Origin: Amoebidium appalachense
Taxonomy: Eukaryota > Protista > Ichthyosporea
Length of the DNA: 64,000 nucleotides
Assembly (NCBI GenBank): GCA_963693365.1
Contig: CAVNZM010000017.1
Coordinates: forward strand, 2,781,527-2,845,526
Reading direction: 5' to 3'
Position 1 is the first letter of the stretch; each line of letters starts with the position of its first letter. Shown here piece by piece: positions 63,007-64,000 of the stretch. Position numbers and translations under genes: made by a program. The notes beneath the pieces were generated by a model. It was not told the DNA's origin. It worked only from the letters and a program-made list of their open reading frames with translations, and did not search any database.

Positions 63007-63277
63007 CACACACACACACACACATGCACGCACGCACCTCCTTAGCCTGGTTGGGCTTGAGACACCTGCAGTAATGCGGTGTAGTCGAGTAGATCGTCTC
63101 CATGAGTGCCTGCAGAGACTGTTTGAACTGCGACCCAACAGTGGCAGCCTTGGCCTTGGCTGTGCCCTGCCCACCCGCTCCGCCCTTTTGCGATGCCTCG
63201 TGTTGCTTGGCTACGATCGAACTGGGACCGAAGAGCTCTTGAACGAACGTGACTTTGCTCTTGACTAGAAGGTCCGT
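49194..63277 (-). CDS. MYO5: Class V myosin, partial (end of motor, IQ motifs, coiled coil, Dilute/globular tail); 5' part lies beyond the window
   Basis: Exons 63277-63038, 62187-61989, 61183-60954, 60280-60145, 59592-59432, 58595-58462, 57847-57583, 57242-57044, 56522-56257, 55537-55121, 54646-54544, 54036-53930, 52777-52559, 52041-51948, 51126-51017, 50510-50317 and 49708-49194. Motifs: [107 protein letters not shown]. Two one-base frame breaks occur in tail exons. Confidence 0.95.
50712..50755 (-). pseudogene. Duplicated acceptor plus 5' edge of a myosin tail exon ([13 protein letters not shown])
   Basis: Copy of the start of exon 50510-50317, including ccctctccag, ending in TAA at 50714-50712. 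Confidence 0.8.
58978..59330. repeat. 32-bp intronic minisatellite (cacacaccaaaacacacccaaacatgcccaat), ~11 copies
   Basis: Head-to-tail units within myosin intron 58596-59431. Confidence 0.93.
62882..62939 (-). pseudogene. Duplicated 3' edge of a myosin motor exon ([15 protein letters not shown]...)
   Basis: Copy of the end of exon 63277-63038 located in the following intron, with the donor GT replaced by AT. Confidence 0.8.
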
Positions 63278-63395
63278 CTGCGGGGAGGAAGAGGGGGCGG
63301 AGAAGGGAGGTGGAGGCGGGGGGGCAGGCGGGGACGGGGGGAGGGGGGGGGGAGGGGGGGGAAAGGGGGGAGGACAGTGGGGATGGGTAGGGGGA

Positions 63396-63430
<35 letters not shown>

Positions 63431-63714
63431 AGAAAGTGTTACACAAGTATACAGTACACATTGGTAACAGACAACACAAGTCAGAATTTGTAAACATGCG
63501 GAGATTGTATGCATCAGAAAGTAACCCGCATGGTTATTGGTGGTGGGGGGGGGGGGGGGGGGGGGGGGGGGGTTGAAGCTCAGGGTAGAAGGGTGTGTGT
63601 GTGTTGGAGGTGGGGGGGGGGGGGGGGGGGGGGGGGGGAGGGTAGAGTTGGTAGAAATGCGTGGTCAAAAGTTCTCGAGCAATAACCCCTGGTTGAACAA
63701 TACCACTTCTTATA

Positions 63715-64000
63715 CAATTAACCAAGAAAGTCTACCGTCGCTCTTACACGATTGGTCCATTACATGCACCGCACCACAAACCCCTACCAGTTCCTCAACA
63801 ACAGCATAGACAACTCAACCGAAAAAGGCTACCATTCCCACCACATGATTGGCCCATCACATACCACACCAGCACAAACACACACCAGTTCCTCTACAAC
63901 GGCATAAACAAGTTAACCAAAAAGCCCACCATTCCTGCCACAATAACCAAACAAGGCTACCATTCCCGCCACACGATTGGTCCATTACATGCCCCACACC
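63715..64000. repeat. Degenerate intronic tandem repeat
   Basis: Recurrent cacgattggtccattacatgc, ccagttcctc..caac.gcata and ggctaccattccc.ccac. Confidence 0.65.

Overview
Intron-rich eukaryotic genomic DNA, most likely from a unicellular holozoan. This is inferred from the animal-type myosin V tail; the exact taxon cannot be read from the sequence. Introns are packed with poly-G/poly-C, (GT)n/(CA)n and (GA)n/(CT)n tracts, so most of the supplied ORFs are spurious. Phase-consistent GT-AG exon chains, assembled by hand, give these genes: a 235-aa multi-pass membrane protein (-), a PP2C phosphatase with a likely mitochondrial presequence (-), an Atg31-like protein with a probable long disordered tail (+), a small S/P-rich hypothetical gene (-), a class C (GABA-B-like) GPCR whose ectodomain resembles a bacterial sugar solute-binding protein (-), and the 3' part of a myosin V gene (-). 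Repeats include a 260-bp near-perfect palindrome, three copies of an A-tailed retroposon (one with a 15-bp TSD), a degenerate inverted-repeat-bounded element and several minisatellites. The most notable observations are an Atg31-like gene next to an animal-type myosin V, 'ghost' exon-edge duplicates differing almost only at synonymous sites, introns with complementary low-complexity halves, and recurrent one-base frame deficits (probably assembly errors). All family assignments come from recalled motifs; no database search was run.
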